Source of the DNA: Frankiaceae bacterium
GTDB lineage: Bacteria > Actinomycetota > Actinomycetes > Mycobacteriales > SCTD01
Length of the DNA stretch: 64,000 nt
Direction: 5' to 3'
NCBI GenBank assembly: GCA_016650445.1
Contig: JAENVS010000011.1
Coordinates: forward strand, 74,307 to 138,306
Part shown: in pieces, positions 16,469-26,656 of the stretch
Layout: each line of letters opens with the position of its first letter
Position numbering within the stretch: position 1 is the first letter of the stretch
Notes under the pieces: generated by a model
Seen by the model: only the letters and a program-made list of their open reading frames with translations
The model's database searches: none
Told to the model about the DNA's origin: nothing
Position numbers and translations under genes: made by a program

Positions 16469-18639
16469 CAGCGACCCACCAGCCTTCTCACCGTCTGCAC
16501 CAGCTGCTCCTGGTCGAACTCGTTCTTCAGTAGATAAGCAGACGCCCCCGCGTCCAGCCCAGCCTGCCTCGCGTGATCCTCCCCTCGCGAGGTCATGATG
16601 ATCACCGGGACGTTCTCCCAGCCCTTGGTACGCCGGATGGTGCGGGTGAGCTCGAACCCGTCCATGCCGGGCATCTCGATGTCGGACAGCACGAGGTCGG
16701 CCGCATCCTCGCGCAGGCGCGAGGCGCCGTCGAGACCGTCGACGGCCGTCTCGACCTGGTAGCCCGCGCCTTCGAGGATGACGCGCTCGAGCTCGCGGAC
16801 GCCGACGGAGTCCTCGACGACGAGGACGCGCGGCTTGCGGGCGCCGGCCGCGGCCGCGGGCTTGCGCTGCGCGGGAGCGGGGACGCCGGCCATCGGCGTA
16901 CCGATCGCTTTGTCGGCGAGCTCGCGCACGTCGAGCAGGCAGACGACCGAGCCGTCGCCGTCGATCGTCGCGCCGGCGATGTTCGGGACGCGGCCGAGGA
17001 AGGAGCCCAGGTCCTTCACCACCAGCTCCGACTCGCCCTCGAGCCGGTCGACGGCCCAGGCGACCTGGCTGCTGGCGTGCCTGACGATCAGTGCCGCGCG
17101 CGGGGTGTCACCGGCGTTGCGCGGTGTCCCGAGTGCGGCACCCAGATCAAGCAGCGGCACCGAGACGCCGTGCCGCACGACGACCGTCGCCCCGGCCAGC
17201 GTGTGGAGCTCGGCGTCGCGCAGTGAGATGGACTCGACGACGCCCGGGACGGGCACCGCGTAGCGCTCGTCGCCGACCCGCGCGACCAGGCAGCGCAGGA
17301 CGCCGAGGGTGATCGGCAGGGTCAGCACGAAGGCAGTGCCGACGCCGGGCTCGCTGCGTACCTCGACGGCACCGCCGAGCTCCTCGACGGCGTCGCGGAC
17401 GACGTCGAGACCGACGCCGCGTCCGGACGTCTCTGTGACGACGTCGCTGGTGGAGAAGGCAGGCGTGAACAGCAGGTTGAGAAGCGCGGCGCCGGACAGG
17501 TTGCTGTCGGCGGCGATGAGGCCGACCGCACAGGCCTTCGCGCGGACGGCGTGCTCGTCGACCCCGGCGCCGTCGTCGGCGACCTCCAGCACGACCGTGC
17601 CGCCGACGCTGCGCGCGGACACCGTCACCACGGCCTGCTCGGGCTTGCCGGCGGCGACCCGCGTGACTGCGTCCTCGCAGCCGTGGTCGACCGCGTTGAT
17701 GACCAGGTGCTTGAGAGCGTCGGCGACGCCGTCGAGCACCTGCTTGTCGAGCTCGACGTCCTCACCGCTCGTCACGAGGCGGACGTCCTTGCCGGTGCTT
17801 TGAGCGACGTCGCGCAGGATCCGGGGCAGCCCGGCGAAGACCCGGCGTACCGGAACCATCGCCAGACCCATCGCACCGTCACGGACCAGACCCATGCCGC
17901 CGCGGTGTGCCTCGACCAGCTCGCGCAACCCCCGCACGAGTCCGGCCATCTCGTCACCGGTGCCGCCGAGGCGGTGCAGGGCGAGGCCGAGCTCGGGGGG
18001 CAGCCCGTCGATCTTGCGGAGCTGGTTGACCCAGCGGGCCTGCTCGGCGGCGAGTGCGAGCAGCTGACCGGTGGACTGCTCGACGCGACGCGCACCGAGG
18101 TCGGCCTCACCGACGGCGTCGAGCAGGTCGTAGACCTTCGACGCGGCGACGCGAACGGAGTCGTGTCGGGGACCGGTGTGGTCGTCCGCGGCAGCGGGCT
18201 GGAGCGGGACAGCGACGGGCAGCGGGGCAAGGGCAGGCACCGCGACAGGGGACTCGCCGTCGCATGCGCGCTTGAGCGCGTCTATCAGGGGCGTCAGGGC
18301 CTCGTCCGGCAAAGAGTGCTCGCCCGGGAGCGCGCGGTTGATGCCGTCGCAGGCGGCCAGCAGCAGGTCGACGAGGTCCCGTCGGACGGGGAAGCGCCCG
18401 TCACGAAGGGCGCCGAGCAGGTCCTCGATGCCGTGCGAGACATGCAGGACGCCGTCGAGCCCGAGCATCCGGGCAGAGCCCTTGACGGTGTGGGCGTCGC
18501 GGAACAGGGACGTGATGACCTGCCGTGGCGACGGGTGCGTCTCGAGCTCGAGCAGGCCCGACTGCAACGAGGCCAGCCGCTCCTCGACCTCGGCACGGAA
18601 GGTCGCGAGCAGCTCAGGGTCGTCCGCCCAGGTCGGCAT
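16468..18639 (-). CDS. cheA: CheA-type histidine kinase with C-terminal receiver domain (hybrid)
   Basis: Hpt site DAHTVKGSARMLG. HATPase (HLVINAVDHG, DDGAGVD, GRGVGLDVV). CheW-like domain. REC domain (VLVVEDS, LVLSDIEMPGMDG, IIMTS, YLLKNEF). Confidence 0.9.
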   Translation of the reverse strand: MPTWADDPELLATFRAEVEERLASLQSGLLELETHPSPRQVITSLFRDAHTVKGSARMLGLDGVLHVSHGIEDLLGALRDGRFPVRRDLVDLLLAACDGINRALPGEHSLPDEALTPLIDALKRACDGESPVAVPALAPLPVAVPLQPAAADDHTGPRHDSVRVAASKVYDLLDAVGEADLGARRVEQSTGQLLALAAEQARWVNQLRKIDGLPPELGLALHRLGGTGDEMAGLVRGLRELVEAHRGGMGLVRDGAMGLAMVPVRRVFAGLPRILRDVAQSTGKDVRLVTSGEDVELDKQVLDGVADALKHLVINAVDHGCEDAVTRVAAGKPEQAVVTVSARSVGGTVVLEVADDGAGVDEHAVRAKACAVGLIAADSNLSGAALLNLLFTPAFSTSDVVTETSGRGVGLDVVRDAVEELGGAVEVRSEPGVGTAFVLTLPITLGVLRCLVARVGDERYAVPVPGVVESISLRDAELHTLAGATVVVRHGVSVPLLDLGAALGTPRNAGDTPRAALIVRHASSQVAWAVDRLEGESELVVKDLGSFLGRVPNIAGATIDGDGSVVCLLDVRELADKAIGTPMAGVPAPAQRKPAAAAGARKPRVLVVEDSVGVRELERVILEGAGYQVETAVDGLDGASRLREDAADLVLSDIEMPGMDGFELTRTIRRTKGWENVPVIIMTSRGEDHARQAGLDAGASAYLLKNEFDQEQLVQTVRRLVGR

Positions 18640-18659
18640 GGGCTTAGGCCAACATCGGG

Positions 18660-20216
18660 TTAGGCGCTGACCTTGAACTGGCTGATCGAGGAGCGCAGCT
18701 CGGCGGCCAGCACGTTGAGCTGGGCGGCAGCGGCGGCGGCCTGGCGGGAGCCGACGGCGTACTGCCGGGACACGTCGGACACCTGCGTCATGGCGGCCAC
18801 GACCTGGTCGGACGCCGAGCGCTGCTGCTGCGTCGCGATGGAGATCTCCTTGGCGGCGGTGGTGGTCTCGTCGACCATGCCGCTGATCCGCTCGAGCGCC
18901 TCGACGACGCCGCGGGCGAGCTGCGTGCCGGCCTTGACCTCCTTGGCCCCCTCCTCCGACGCGATGATCGTGGAGTTGGTCTCGGCCTGGATCTCGCCGA
19001 CGATGGCCTGGATCTGCCCGGTCGACTCCTGCGCGCGCTCGGCGAGCTTGCGCACCTCGGAGGCGACGACGGCGAAGCCGCGACCGTGCTCACCGGCGCG
19101 GGCTGCTTCGATGGCGGCGTTGAGGGCGAGCAGGTTGGTCTGGTCGGCCAGGTCGTCGATGACGTCGAGGATCCGACCGATCTCGTGGCTCTTCTCCCCC
19201 AGCGACAGCGCACGGCTGGCGATGGAGTCGACCCGGTCGGCGATGGTGTCCATCGAGTCGACGGAGGCGCTGACCGCAGCGCGGCCCTGCTCGGCGTACC
19301 GAAGGGTCTCGGCGGCGTAGCGGGCGACGGCCTCGGACGTCTCGGCGATCTGGGCTGCGGTGGCAGCGAGCTCCTCGATGGTGCTCGTCGTCTCGGACAC
19401 CGCGGAGGACTGCTGGCTCGCGGAGGCGGCGTGCTCCTCGGCGGTGGCCAGCAGCTCGCCCGCGGAAGCCGCGATCTGCTCACCGCCGCCGCGGATCTGG
19501 CCGACGAGCTCGCGCAGGTTGGACAGCGTGTGGTTGAAGGCGGTGCTCAGCGTCACCAGCTGCTGCGAGTCGCCCGAGTCGATGTCGGTCAGCAGGTCGC
19601 CGTCGGCCGCCCGCTCGAGCGCGGCGGAGAGCTCGGCGACGCGGGACTCGAGGGCCTTGCGGTCCTCGCGCGCCTTCGTCCGCAGCGACCAGACGGCCGC
19701 CGACAGCGTCGAGTTGAACCACGACACGATCGGGAAGGTCAGACCTACGAGGATCAGTACGGCGACGGCGTTGCGGTCGAGCGTGTGGGAGATGGCGGAG
19801 GCAGCGACGAGACCACCGCTGGCGGCGAAGCCGAACAGCGCGGCCTGCCAGCCCGGCATCGAGACGGCGGCGAACAGGATGACACCGAGGTAGCAGATCC
19901 AGAACGGCCCGCGGATGCCGCCGGTGACGGCGACGTCGGCGGTCACCCAGACCGTGTCGGCGATGAGCAGCATGAGCCGGAAGGCGTTGATGTTGGAGAG
20001 GACGAAGTGCGACTTCATCGCCATCTTCGGCAGGAAGGTCAGGAACGACGCGACAACGACGCCGAACGCGGTCCAGGCGTAGACGGCGTACAGGTGCACG
20101 TGCACGCCGGCGTAGGCGCCGTACTCGGACATCACGATCGCTGCGCCCACGCCGATGGCGAGGCTGAGCCAGGTCATGATGGCTGCTGCGCGTGCCAGCC
20201 TGATCGAGAAGTCCAC
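18660..20216 (-). CDS. methyl-accepting chemotaxis protein with a ~6-TM membrane-embedded N-terminal module
   Basis: GTG start with a GGAGGG RBS. Six hydrophobic helices lie in residues 1-175, followed by a HAMP-like segment. Signalling hairpin [34 protein letters not shown]. Confidence 0.9.
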   Translation of the reverse strand: MDFSIRLARAAAIMTWLSLAIGVGAAIVMSEYGAYAGVHVHLYAVYAWTAFGVVVASFLTFLPKMAMKSHFVLSNINAFRLMLLIADTVWVTADVAVTGGIRGPFWICYLGVILFAAVSMPGWQAALFGFAASGGLVAASAISHTLDRNAVAVLILVGLTFPIVSWFNSTLSAAVWSLRTKAREDRKALESRVAELSAALERAADGDLLTDIDSGDSQQLVTLSTAFNHTLSNLRELVGQIRGGGEQIAASAGELLATAEEHAASASQQSSAVSETTSTIEELAATAAQIAETSEAVARYAAETLRYAEQGRAAVSASVDSMDTIADRVDSIASRALSLGEKSHEIGRILDVIDDLADQTNLLALNAAIEAARAGEHGRGFAVVASEVRKLAERAQESTGQIQAIVGEIQAETNSTIIASEEGAKEVKAGTQLARGVVEALERISGMVDETTTAAKEISIATQQQRSASDQVVAAMTQVSDVSRQYAVGSRQAAAAAAQLNVLAAELRSSISQFKVSA

Positions 20217-20288
20217 TGCGGTCCCTCCTACGGGTTACCTACGTGCTCGGCCGAACGGGTGCATTGCTGAAGTCAGCCGGCTCGTACT

Positions 20289-20789
20289 TCACCCGGCGCG
20301 TCGGGAGCGTGTGAGCGTGTCGGCGAGGCCGAACACCGCTTCCAGATCGAGCACGCCGACCGGCCCGCCTGCATCGGTGACTTGTCCGGAGATGAGCGCA
20401 CCGCTGACCGCCGGCAGGTGGGCCAGGGAGGGCTCGACGTCGTCGGGGTCGACGTCGGAGGTGCCCTCGACGCCCTCGGTGAGCAGCCCGGCGGTGACGC
20501 CGTTGCGGGTGAGAACGACCAGGCGGCCGCGGCGGTCGAGCGGGCGGGCCTCTGCCGACAGGAGGGGGCGCAGGTCGAGCACGGCGAGGACCCGGCCACG
20601 CCAGTTGGCGACGCCGGCCACCCAGTTCGGTACGCCGGGGACGCGGGTCAGCAGCGGCGGCCGGCCGACCTCGGCGACGGCCGGCATCGGCAGCGCGTAG
20701 CGGCAGCCACCCAGGCGGATGAGGACGACCTCGGCGGTCGCCGCCGGGGCCGTTTCAGCGCGCGGCTCAACTGCTGCGGGGGTCTCCAC
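20289..20789 (-). CDS. cheW: CheW-like coupling protein
   Basis: 166 aa. YALPMPAVAEVGRPPLLTRVPGVPNWVAGVANWRGRVLAVLDL is typical of the CheW fold. Confidence 0.85.
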   Translation of the reverse strand: METPAAVEPRAETAPAATAEVVLIRLGGCRYALPMPAVAEVGRPPLLTRVPGVPNWVAGVANWRGRVLAVLDLRPLLSAEARPLDRRGRLVVLTRNGVTAGLLTEGVEGTSDVDPDDVEPSLAHLPAVSGALISGQVTDAGGPVGVLDLEAVFGLADTLTRSRRAG

Positions 20790-20847
20790 GTCGGAGTTGT
20801 CGGCCGTTGGGCCGTCCGGGTGTAGCGAATCGGGGCGTTCGCGGTCG

Positions 20848-21252
20848 TCAGCGGGCTCTGCGAAAGAGCGGTACGCCGGCTCCGGCGCAGCCCGCCACGA
20901 TGAACAGCAGGTACAGCCCCTGCAGGTCCGCCGTCACGAGCAGATCACCGCCGGGGCCCCGGGCGGCGGCGACGGCCGACAGCAGGATCGACACCCCGAG
21001 CAGCACCTGGGCGGGCACCCGGTCCGCCGCGACGCGGTTCCCGATGGTGCCGAGCACCGCGTTGACGGCGAGGACGAGCACTGGCGCGAGCGGCACGAGG
21101 TGGCCGGCCACCCGGAACGGCAGGAGCAGCAGGCAGAACAGGTCGAGCACCGCCCCGACAGCCGCGGTCACCGCGCAGACGAGGACGAGCGGAGGTGGCT
21201 CCCTCGTCCGAGCGCCCGGGACGTCCGCACCCTCGACCGGCTGCTCGCTCAC
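20848..21252 (-). CDS. small integral membrane protein (4 predicted helices)
   Basis: 134 aa. GTG start directly abuts the mshB stop codon. Hydrophobic helices (LVLVCAVTAAVGAVLDLFCLLLL, LAPVLVLAVNAVLGTI, ...). Occupies the position of the membrane protein that follows mshB in mycobacteria. Confidence 0.55.
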   Translation of the reverse strand: MSEQPVEGADVPGARTREPPPLVLVCAVTAAVGAVLDLFCLLLLPFRVAGHLVPLAPVLVLAVNAVLGTIGNRVAADRVPAQVLLGVSILLSAVAAARGPGGDLLVTADLQGLYLLFIVAGCAGAGVPLFRRAR

Positions 21253-22158
21253 TTAGTCGAGGCCGTCGAACAGGTCGGTCTCGCGGCCGTTCGCACCGTC
21301 CCGCGAGCCGAGCGTGCCCTTCACGAGGGTGAAGTACTCCGTGCCGAAGGCCTTCTGACCGACGTGGTTCGACAGCGCGAAGAAAGGCCCGTCAACCTCG
21401 ATCTGCGTCTTGTGGGCGCGCATCGCCGCCGTCTTCGCGTCGAGGTGGTCGGCGGCGTCGACCTCCGTGCTCACCTCGTCGTCCGGGACGCCGAAGGGGA
21501 GGTCATCGGCCGAGTCGACCCCGAAGAAGTCGGTGTGGCCGGCGGCCTTCATCGCCTCGATCCCCGCCTGCAGCACGCTCTTCGGGAAGGCGGTGTAGTA
21601 CAGCTTCGCCGGCTGCCAGGGCTCCCCCGTGCCGGGCGCGTACGACGGGTCGCCCGCCTTGTCGAACGCCGCGACCGCGACGCGGTGCGCCTGGATGTGG
21701 TCGGGATGGCCATAGCCGCCGTTCTCGTCGTACGTCACGACGACCTGCGGCCGCACCTCTCGCATGATCGCGACCAGCTCGCCGGTCGCCTCGTCGATGT
21801 CGGCGCGCCAGAAGCAGTCGGGGCGCTCGTTGGCGGGGGTGCCCATCATCCCGCTGTCACGCCACCGCCCCGGTCCACCGAGGAAGCGGTGGTCGCGCAC
21901 ACCGAGCGCCTCCATCGCCGCTGCCAGCTCGCCGATCCGGTGCTGGCCGAGGGCGTCCTCCTTGTCGGCGGCGAGGTGCTCGAGACCCGGCTCGAGGATC
22001 TCCCCCTCCTCGCCGAGGGTGCACGTGATGAGCGTGACGAGCACCTTCTCCGCGGCGTACTTCGCCATCGTCGCGCCGGTGCCGATCGTCTCGTCGTCGG
22101 GGTGTGCGTGGACGAGCAGCAGCCGCTTCGGGAAGCCCAGCAGGGTCGCGTCGCTCAT
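21253..22158 (-). CDS. mshB: N-acetyl-1-D-myo-inosityl-2-amino-2-deoxy-alpha-D-glucopyranoside deacetylase
   Basis: ORF 21253..22368 trimmed to Met71. LmbE/PIG-L motifs [28 protein letters not shown]. 301 aa. Confidence 0.9.
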   Translation of the reverse strand: MSDATLLGFPKRLLLVHAHPDDETIGTGATMAKYAAEKVLVTLITCTLGEEGEILEPGLEHLAADKEDALGQHRIGELAAAMEALGVRDHRFLGGPGRWRDSGMMGTPANERPDCFWRADIDEATGELVAIMREVRPQVVVTYDENGGYGHPDHIQAHRVAVAAFDKAGDPSYAPGTGEPWQPAKLYYTAFPKSVLQAGIEAMKAAGHTDFFGVDSADDLPFGVPDDEVSTEVDAADHLDAKTAAMRAHKTQIEVDGPFFALSNHVGQKAFGTEYFTLVKGTLGSRDGANGRETDLFDGLD

Positions 22159-22190
22159 AGGAAGGACCCTAAGCGAGCCCCACGCTGGGC

Positions 22191-22766
22191 TCAGTTGAGC
22201 GTGGGGTCCTCCGGGAAGCTCGCCGCGAAGGCGAGCGGGGCCCCCTGCCGGCGCAACACGTCCTGCCAGAGCTGCTCGGGCCGGTCGGTGAAAGCGTCCG
22301 CCGGGAGGGCCTCGAGCACCCACCAGGACCCTTCGTCGACCTCGGCCTCGAGCTGCCCGGGCGACCAACCGGCGTAGCCCGCGAACAGCCGCACCTCCGA
22401 CACCGCCGTCAGCACGTCGGCCGGCTCGGCGTCGAGATCGACCGTCCCGAACGCCGTGCCCGGCGAGCCCTCCAGGACGGAGTACGACGCGACGGGCGGC
22501 GCGCCCGGTCGACCGTGGCCGAGGCAGATGGCGGCGTTGGGCTGCACCGGCCCACCGGCGAACACGACCCCTGGCGCGGCCGCCAGCGGGTGCCAGGCAT
22601 CGAGCACCTCGCCGACCTCGGTGCCGGTGGGCCGGTTCAGAACCAGTCCGAGCGCGCCGTCCTCATCGTCGGACTGCAGCAGGAGCACCACCGCGCGCGC
22701 GAAGTTGCCGTCGACCAGCTGCGGGGTGGCCACGAGGAGCCGCCCGGCCCAGTCATCCATCCGCAC
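22191..22766 (-). CDS. yqgE: YqgE/AlgH family (UPF0301) protein
   Basis: [39 protein letters not shown] is characteristic. Confidence 0.85.
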   Translation of the reverse strand: MRMDDWAGRLLVATPQLVDGNFARAVVLLLQSDDEDGALGLVLNRPTGTEVGEVLDAWHPLAAAPGVVFAGGPVQPNAAICLGHGRPGAPPVASYSVLEGSPGTAFGTVDLDAEPADVLTAVSEVRLFAGYAGWSPGQLEAEVDEGSWWVLEALPADAFTDRPEQLWQDVLRRQGAPLAFAASFPEDPTLN

Positions 22767-22814
22767 GCCCTCCTTCGCGCCGATCTACGTCCTAGATCGT
22801 GCACCCTCGAGGGG

Positions 22815-24683
22815 TCAGGAGGTGGGCTTCGGACGGCGGTTCTTGGCGCGGACGGTCGCGTCGAGCTCGACCTTGCGGATGCGCACCGTCGCCGGCGTCA
22901 CCTCGACGCACTCGTCCTCGCGGCAGAACTCCAGCGCCTGCTCGAGGCTGAGCGCCTTGTGCGGGATGAGCGGCACGAGCACGTCCGAGGAGGACTGACG
23001 CATGTTGGTCAGCTTCTTCTCCTTGGTCGGGTTGACGTCCATGTCGTCGGAGCGGGAGTTCTCGCCGACGATCATGCCTTCGTAGACGTCGGTCCCGGGC
23101 GGCACGAACATCGTGCCGCGCTCCTGCAGGTTGGCGAGGGCGAACGACGTCGTCGGCCCAGTGCGGTCGGCGACGAGCGAACCGGTCGGCCGGGTGCGGA
23201 TGTCGCCGTGCCACGGCTCGTACCGCTCGTGCACGTGGTGCAGCAGGCCGGTGCCGCGCGTCTCGGTGAGGAACTCCGTGCGGAAGCCGATGAGCCCGCG
23301 GGCCGGGACGATGTACTCCATCCGGATCCAGCCGGTGCCGTGGTCGACCATCTGCTCGAGCCGGCCCTTGCGCAGCGCCATCAGCTGCATGAGGACGCCC
23401 TGGTAGTCGCTCGGCGAGTCAATGGTGAGGCGCTCCATCGGCTCGTGCAGCTTGCCGTCGATCGTCTTCGTGACGACCTGCGGCTTGCCGACCGTCAGCT
23501 CGAAGCCCTCGCGCCGCATGACCTCCACGAGGATCGCGAGCTGCAGCTCGCCGCGGCCCTGCACGTCCCCCGTGTCGGGCCGCTCGGTCGGCAGCACCCG
23601 GATGGAGACGTTGCCGACGAGCTCCTTGTCGAGCCGGTCCTTGACCATGCGGGCGGTCAGCTTCTTGCCGCTCTTGCCGGCGGTCGGGGCTGTGTTGATG
23701 CCTATCGTCATCGAGATGTTGGGCTCGTCGATGGTGATCAGCGGCAGCGGCTTGGGGTCGTCGGGGTCGGCCAGGGTCTCGCCGATCGTGATCTCGGGGA
23801 TGCCCGCGATCGCGACGATGTCGCCAGGCCCGGCCTGCTCGATCGACACCCGCTCGAGGGCCTCGGTGCCGAGAAGCTCGGTGAGCTTGACCCGCTCGAC
23901 GGTGCCGTCCTGCTTGCACCACGCGACGGTCTGGCCCTTCTTCATCCAGCCGTTGTGGATGCGGCACAGCGCAAGACGGCCGAGGTACGGCGAGGCATCC
24001 AGGTTGGTCACGTGCGCCTGCAGGGTGGCGTTCTCGTCGTACGTCGGTGCCGGGATGGTGTTCTTGATGACCTCGAAGAGCACGTCGAGGTTGGGCTCGT
24101 CGGGGCTGGTGCCGTCGGCCGGGCGGTTGAGCGAGGCCTGGCCGGTCTTGGCCTGGCAGTAGACGATCGGGAACTCGATCTGCTCGGCCGTCGCGTCCAG
24201 GTCGAGGAAGAGCTCGTAGGTCTCGTCGACGACCTCGGCGATCCGGGCATCGGACCGGTCGACCTTGTTGATGATGAGGATGACCGGCATGTTCAGCGCC
24301 AGGGCCTTGCGGAGCACGAACCGGGTCTGCGGCAGTGGCCCCTCCGACGCGTCCACGAGAAGGGCGACGCCGTCAACCATCGACAGCCCACGCTCGACCT
24401 CTCCGCCGAAGTCGGCGTGGCCCGGCGTGTCGATGATGTTGATCAGCAGGTGCTGGCCGTCCTTCTCCAGGCGGCGTACCGCCGTGTTCTTCGCGAGGAT
24501 GGTGATGCCCTTCTCGCGCTCGAGGTCCATCGAGTCCATGACCCGGTCCTGGACGGCGCCTTCCTCCTGCTGGTGGGCGCTGTAGGCGCCGGACTGCAGG
24601 AGCATGCCGTCGACGAGCGTCGTCTTGCCGTGGTCGACGTGCGCGATGATCGCGACATTGCGGATGTCGTCACGGGTGGGCAT
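22815..24683 (-). CDS. typA: translational GTPase TypA/BipA
   Basis: ORF 22815..24977 trimmed to Met99. IRNVAIIAHVDHGKTTLVD, DTPGHADFGGEVER, NKVDR. 622 aa. Confidence 0.95.
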   Translation of the reverse strand: MPTRDDIRNVAIIAHVDHGKTTLVDGMLLQSGAYSAHQQEEGAVQDRVMDSMDLEREKGITILAKNTAVRRLEKDGQHLLINIIDTPGHADFGGEVERGLSMVDGVALLVDASEGPLPQTRFVLRKALALNMPVILIINKVDRSDARIAEVVDETYELFLDLDATAEQIEFPIVYCQAKTGQASLNRPADGTSPDEPNLDVLFEVIKNTIPAPTYDENATLQAHVTNLDASPYLGRLALCRIHNGWMKKGQTVAWCKQDGTVERVKLTELLGTEALERVSIEQAGPGDIVAIAGIPEITIGETLADPDDPKPLPLITIDEPNISMTIGINTAPTAGKSGKKLTARMVKDRLDKELVGNVSIRVLPTERPDTGDVQGRGELQLAILVEVMRREGFELTVGKPQVVTKTIDGKLHEPMERLTIDSPSDYQGVLMQLMALRKGRLEQMVDHGTGWIRMEYIVPARGLIGFRTEFLTETRGTGLLHHVHERYEPWHGDIRTRPTGSLVADRTGPTTSFALANLQERGTMFVPPGTDVYEGMIVGENSRSDDMDVNPTKEKKLTNMRQSSSDVLVPLIPHKALSLEQALEFCREDECVEVTPATVRIRKVELDATVRAKNRRPKPTS

Positions 24684-24698
24684 GGGGAACCTCGGTTC

Positions 24699-25679
24699 GT
24701 GGGCGCGGGGACCCCGCGAAGAAGGGGCAGCCCGCGCAGGGGCGGCCACGCTCAGTCTACGGGCGGTCGTCACCGGACCGGGTTCCGCTCGTGGACCAGG
24801 CACACCCGAGTCCGGGCCAGCCATCAGGAGTTCGACTACCGCGGCCGGGCGTCGACGAGCGACCAGTTCGTCGGCTGGTGGGACTTCACCGACGAGGTGA
24901 AGAAGAAGATCGTGCCGCCGGCCCCGGGGCAGGTCTGGGACCCGATGGTGGCGGACCCCTACGACCGCAACGGGCACGGCAGCGTCACCGCGTCGATGGT
25001 CGGCAGCCGCCGGGCCAACCCAGCACAGACGGCCGCCGCGGTGACGTGGGCGTCGAAGTCTGTCCGCGCCGACGTCATCAACATCTCGATCGGCAGCATC
25101 GTGCCGGTCCCGTCCGTCCTGACGCAGTCGGTCTACGACGCGATCGCCGCCGCCCGCCGCGCCGGCGTCCTGGTCGTCGTGTCCAACGGCAACGGCTTCG
25201 CCAACGCGGGCATCCCCGGCGACCCGGGCTGGGCCAGCTGGTACGCGTCCTCCCCCGACGTCCTCGCGGTCGGAGCGAGCAGCTCAGACCAGTACGCCGT
25301 CTCGACCGACCCCGAGCTGACCGCTGTCTTCACCGTCACCGGACCCAGCATCAAGGCGGACAACGCTTACGTCAGCATGAGCGGCACGAGCTTCGCCTCG
25401 CCGTTCGTGGCCGGCTTCGCCGCGACGGTGCTGCAGGCCGCCCGCAAGGCCGGGCGCAGCCTGACCGCTGACGGTCTCGAGCTGCTCCTGAAGCACTCGG
25501 CCACGGACACGTCCACACCGCCGCAGTTCGAGGGGTACGGCGTGCTCTCGGCGGTCGAGCTCGACCGGGCGGTCGCGCACGCGCGCACCGGGACGCTCCC
25601 GACGCGACCGTCGCCGGACATCAGCGGCACATACGTCGAGCAGGTCGGCGGCACGCTTCGAGCCGCCTGGAGCGGCTGA
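24699..25679 (+). pseudogene. subtilase (S8) family remnant lacking signal peptide and Asp box; start uncertain
   Basis: 3' part of listed ORF 22515..25679. Retains DRNGHGS (His), VVSNGNG (Asn) and SGTSFASPFVAG (Ser). The Asp-box position reads SWTRHTRVRASHQEF. No hydrophobic N-terminus. The first in-frame start, GTG 24699, is 15 nt from the divergent typA ATG. Confidence 0.45.
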
Positions 25680-25852
25680 CCTCTTCGCGAGGGTGGGATG
25701 CCTCACAGTCCATTCCCGTCCGCCAGCCCGGCGAGCAGAATGAGACCTGCCTGGCGACCCCTCTGACCTCGGGGATTACGGTTCTGCACGGCCCTGGGAC
25801 GGGCCGTCCTCCGCGGGCTGGCCGTCCCCTGACGAAACGGATCCCGCTCCGC

Positions 25853-26656
25853 ATGACGACGACCGCGCCCGCGCCGACGGGTACCGGCGCCCCGGGCCGC
25901 GCCCGGATCGCCGCCCGACACCTGCGCACCGACACCTGGTGGGTGCAGCCCGCCATCACCGTCGCCGTGCTCGTGAGCTTCATCATCTACTCGACGATCC
26001 GAGCGTTCGAGGACGCCCATTACTTCGTCGAGCCGTACATCTCGCCGTTCTACTCGCCTTGCATCACCAAGAGCTGCCAGGGCGACACGTTCCCCGAGCT
26101 GTTCTCCGGGCCGGCCTTCCTGACGCCCGCCATCTACATCCTGATCCTGCCGCTCGGCTTCCGGCTCACTTGCTACTACTACCGCAAGGCGTACTACCGG
26201 TCGTTCTGGCTGTCACCGCCCGCCTGCGCGGTCGCCGAGCCGCACACCACGTACACCGGCGAGACGCGCTTCCCGCTCATCTTCCAGAACATCCACCGCT
26301 ACTTCTTCATCGCTGGCCTGGCGCTCAACGTGGTCCTCACGTACGACGCCATCCTCGGCTTCCGCGACGAGCACGGCGAGTGGGGCCACATGGGCCTCGG
26401 CACCCTGATCCTGCTCGGCAACGCCGCACTGCTGTGGCTCTACTCGCTGTCCTGCCACTCCTGCCGGCACATCGTCGGCGGCAAGATCAACAGCTTCAGC
26501 AAGCACCCGGTGCGCTACCAGTTCTGGCAGGTCGTGTCCAAGCTCAACGGCAGCCACATGAAGTACGCCTGGGTGTCGCTGTTCGGGGTCGCGCTCACCG
26601 ACTTCTACATCCGGCTGCTCGCCACGAACGCCTTCTCCGACCCGAGGTTCTTCTGA
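25853..26656 (+). CDS. sdhC: succinate dehydrogenase/fumarate reductase cytochrome b membrane anchor (single-subunit type)
   Basis: 267 aa with five hydrophobic helices carrying conserved His residues. Its TGA overlaps the sdhA ATG (TGATG at 26654-26658). Resembles the anchor of mycobacterial Sdh1. Confidence 0.8.
   Translation: MTTTAPAPTGTGAPGRARIAARHLRTDTWWVQPAITVAVLVSFIIYSTIRAFEDAHYFVEPYISPFYSPCITKSCQGDTFPELFSGPAFLTPAIYILILPLGFRLTCYYYRKAYYRSFWLSPPACAVAEPHTTYTGETRFPLIFQNIHRYFFIAGLALNVVLTYDAILGFRDEHGEWGHMGLGTLILLGNAALLWLYSLSCHSCRHIVGGKINSFSKHPVRYQFWQVVSKLNGSHMKYAWVSLFGVALTDFYIRLLATNAFSDPRFF

Noticed and set aside
22515-24683. 1054-aa plus-strand ORF (22515..25679), the longest plus ORF in the track
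   Set aside because: Its first ~720 codons are the antisense of typA, which has unmistakable GTPase motifs. The translation is Arg/Gly/Asp-rich noise typical of shadow ORFs in high-GC DNA. Only the last ~327 codons (the S8-like part) look real.
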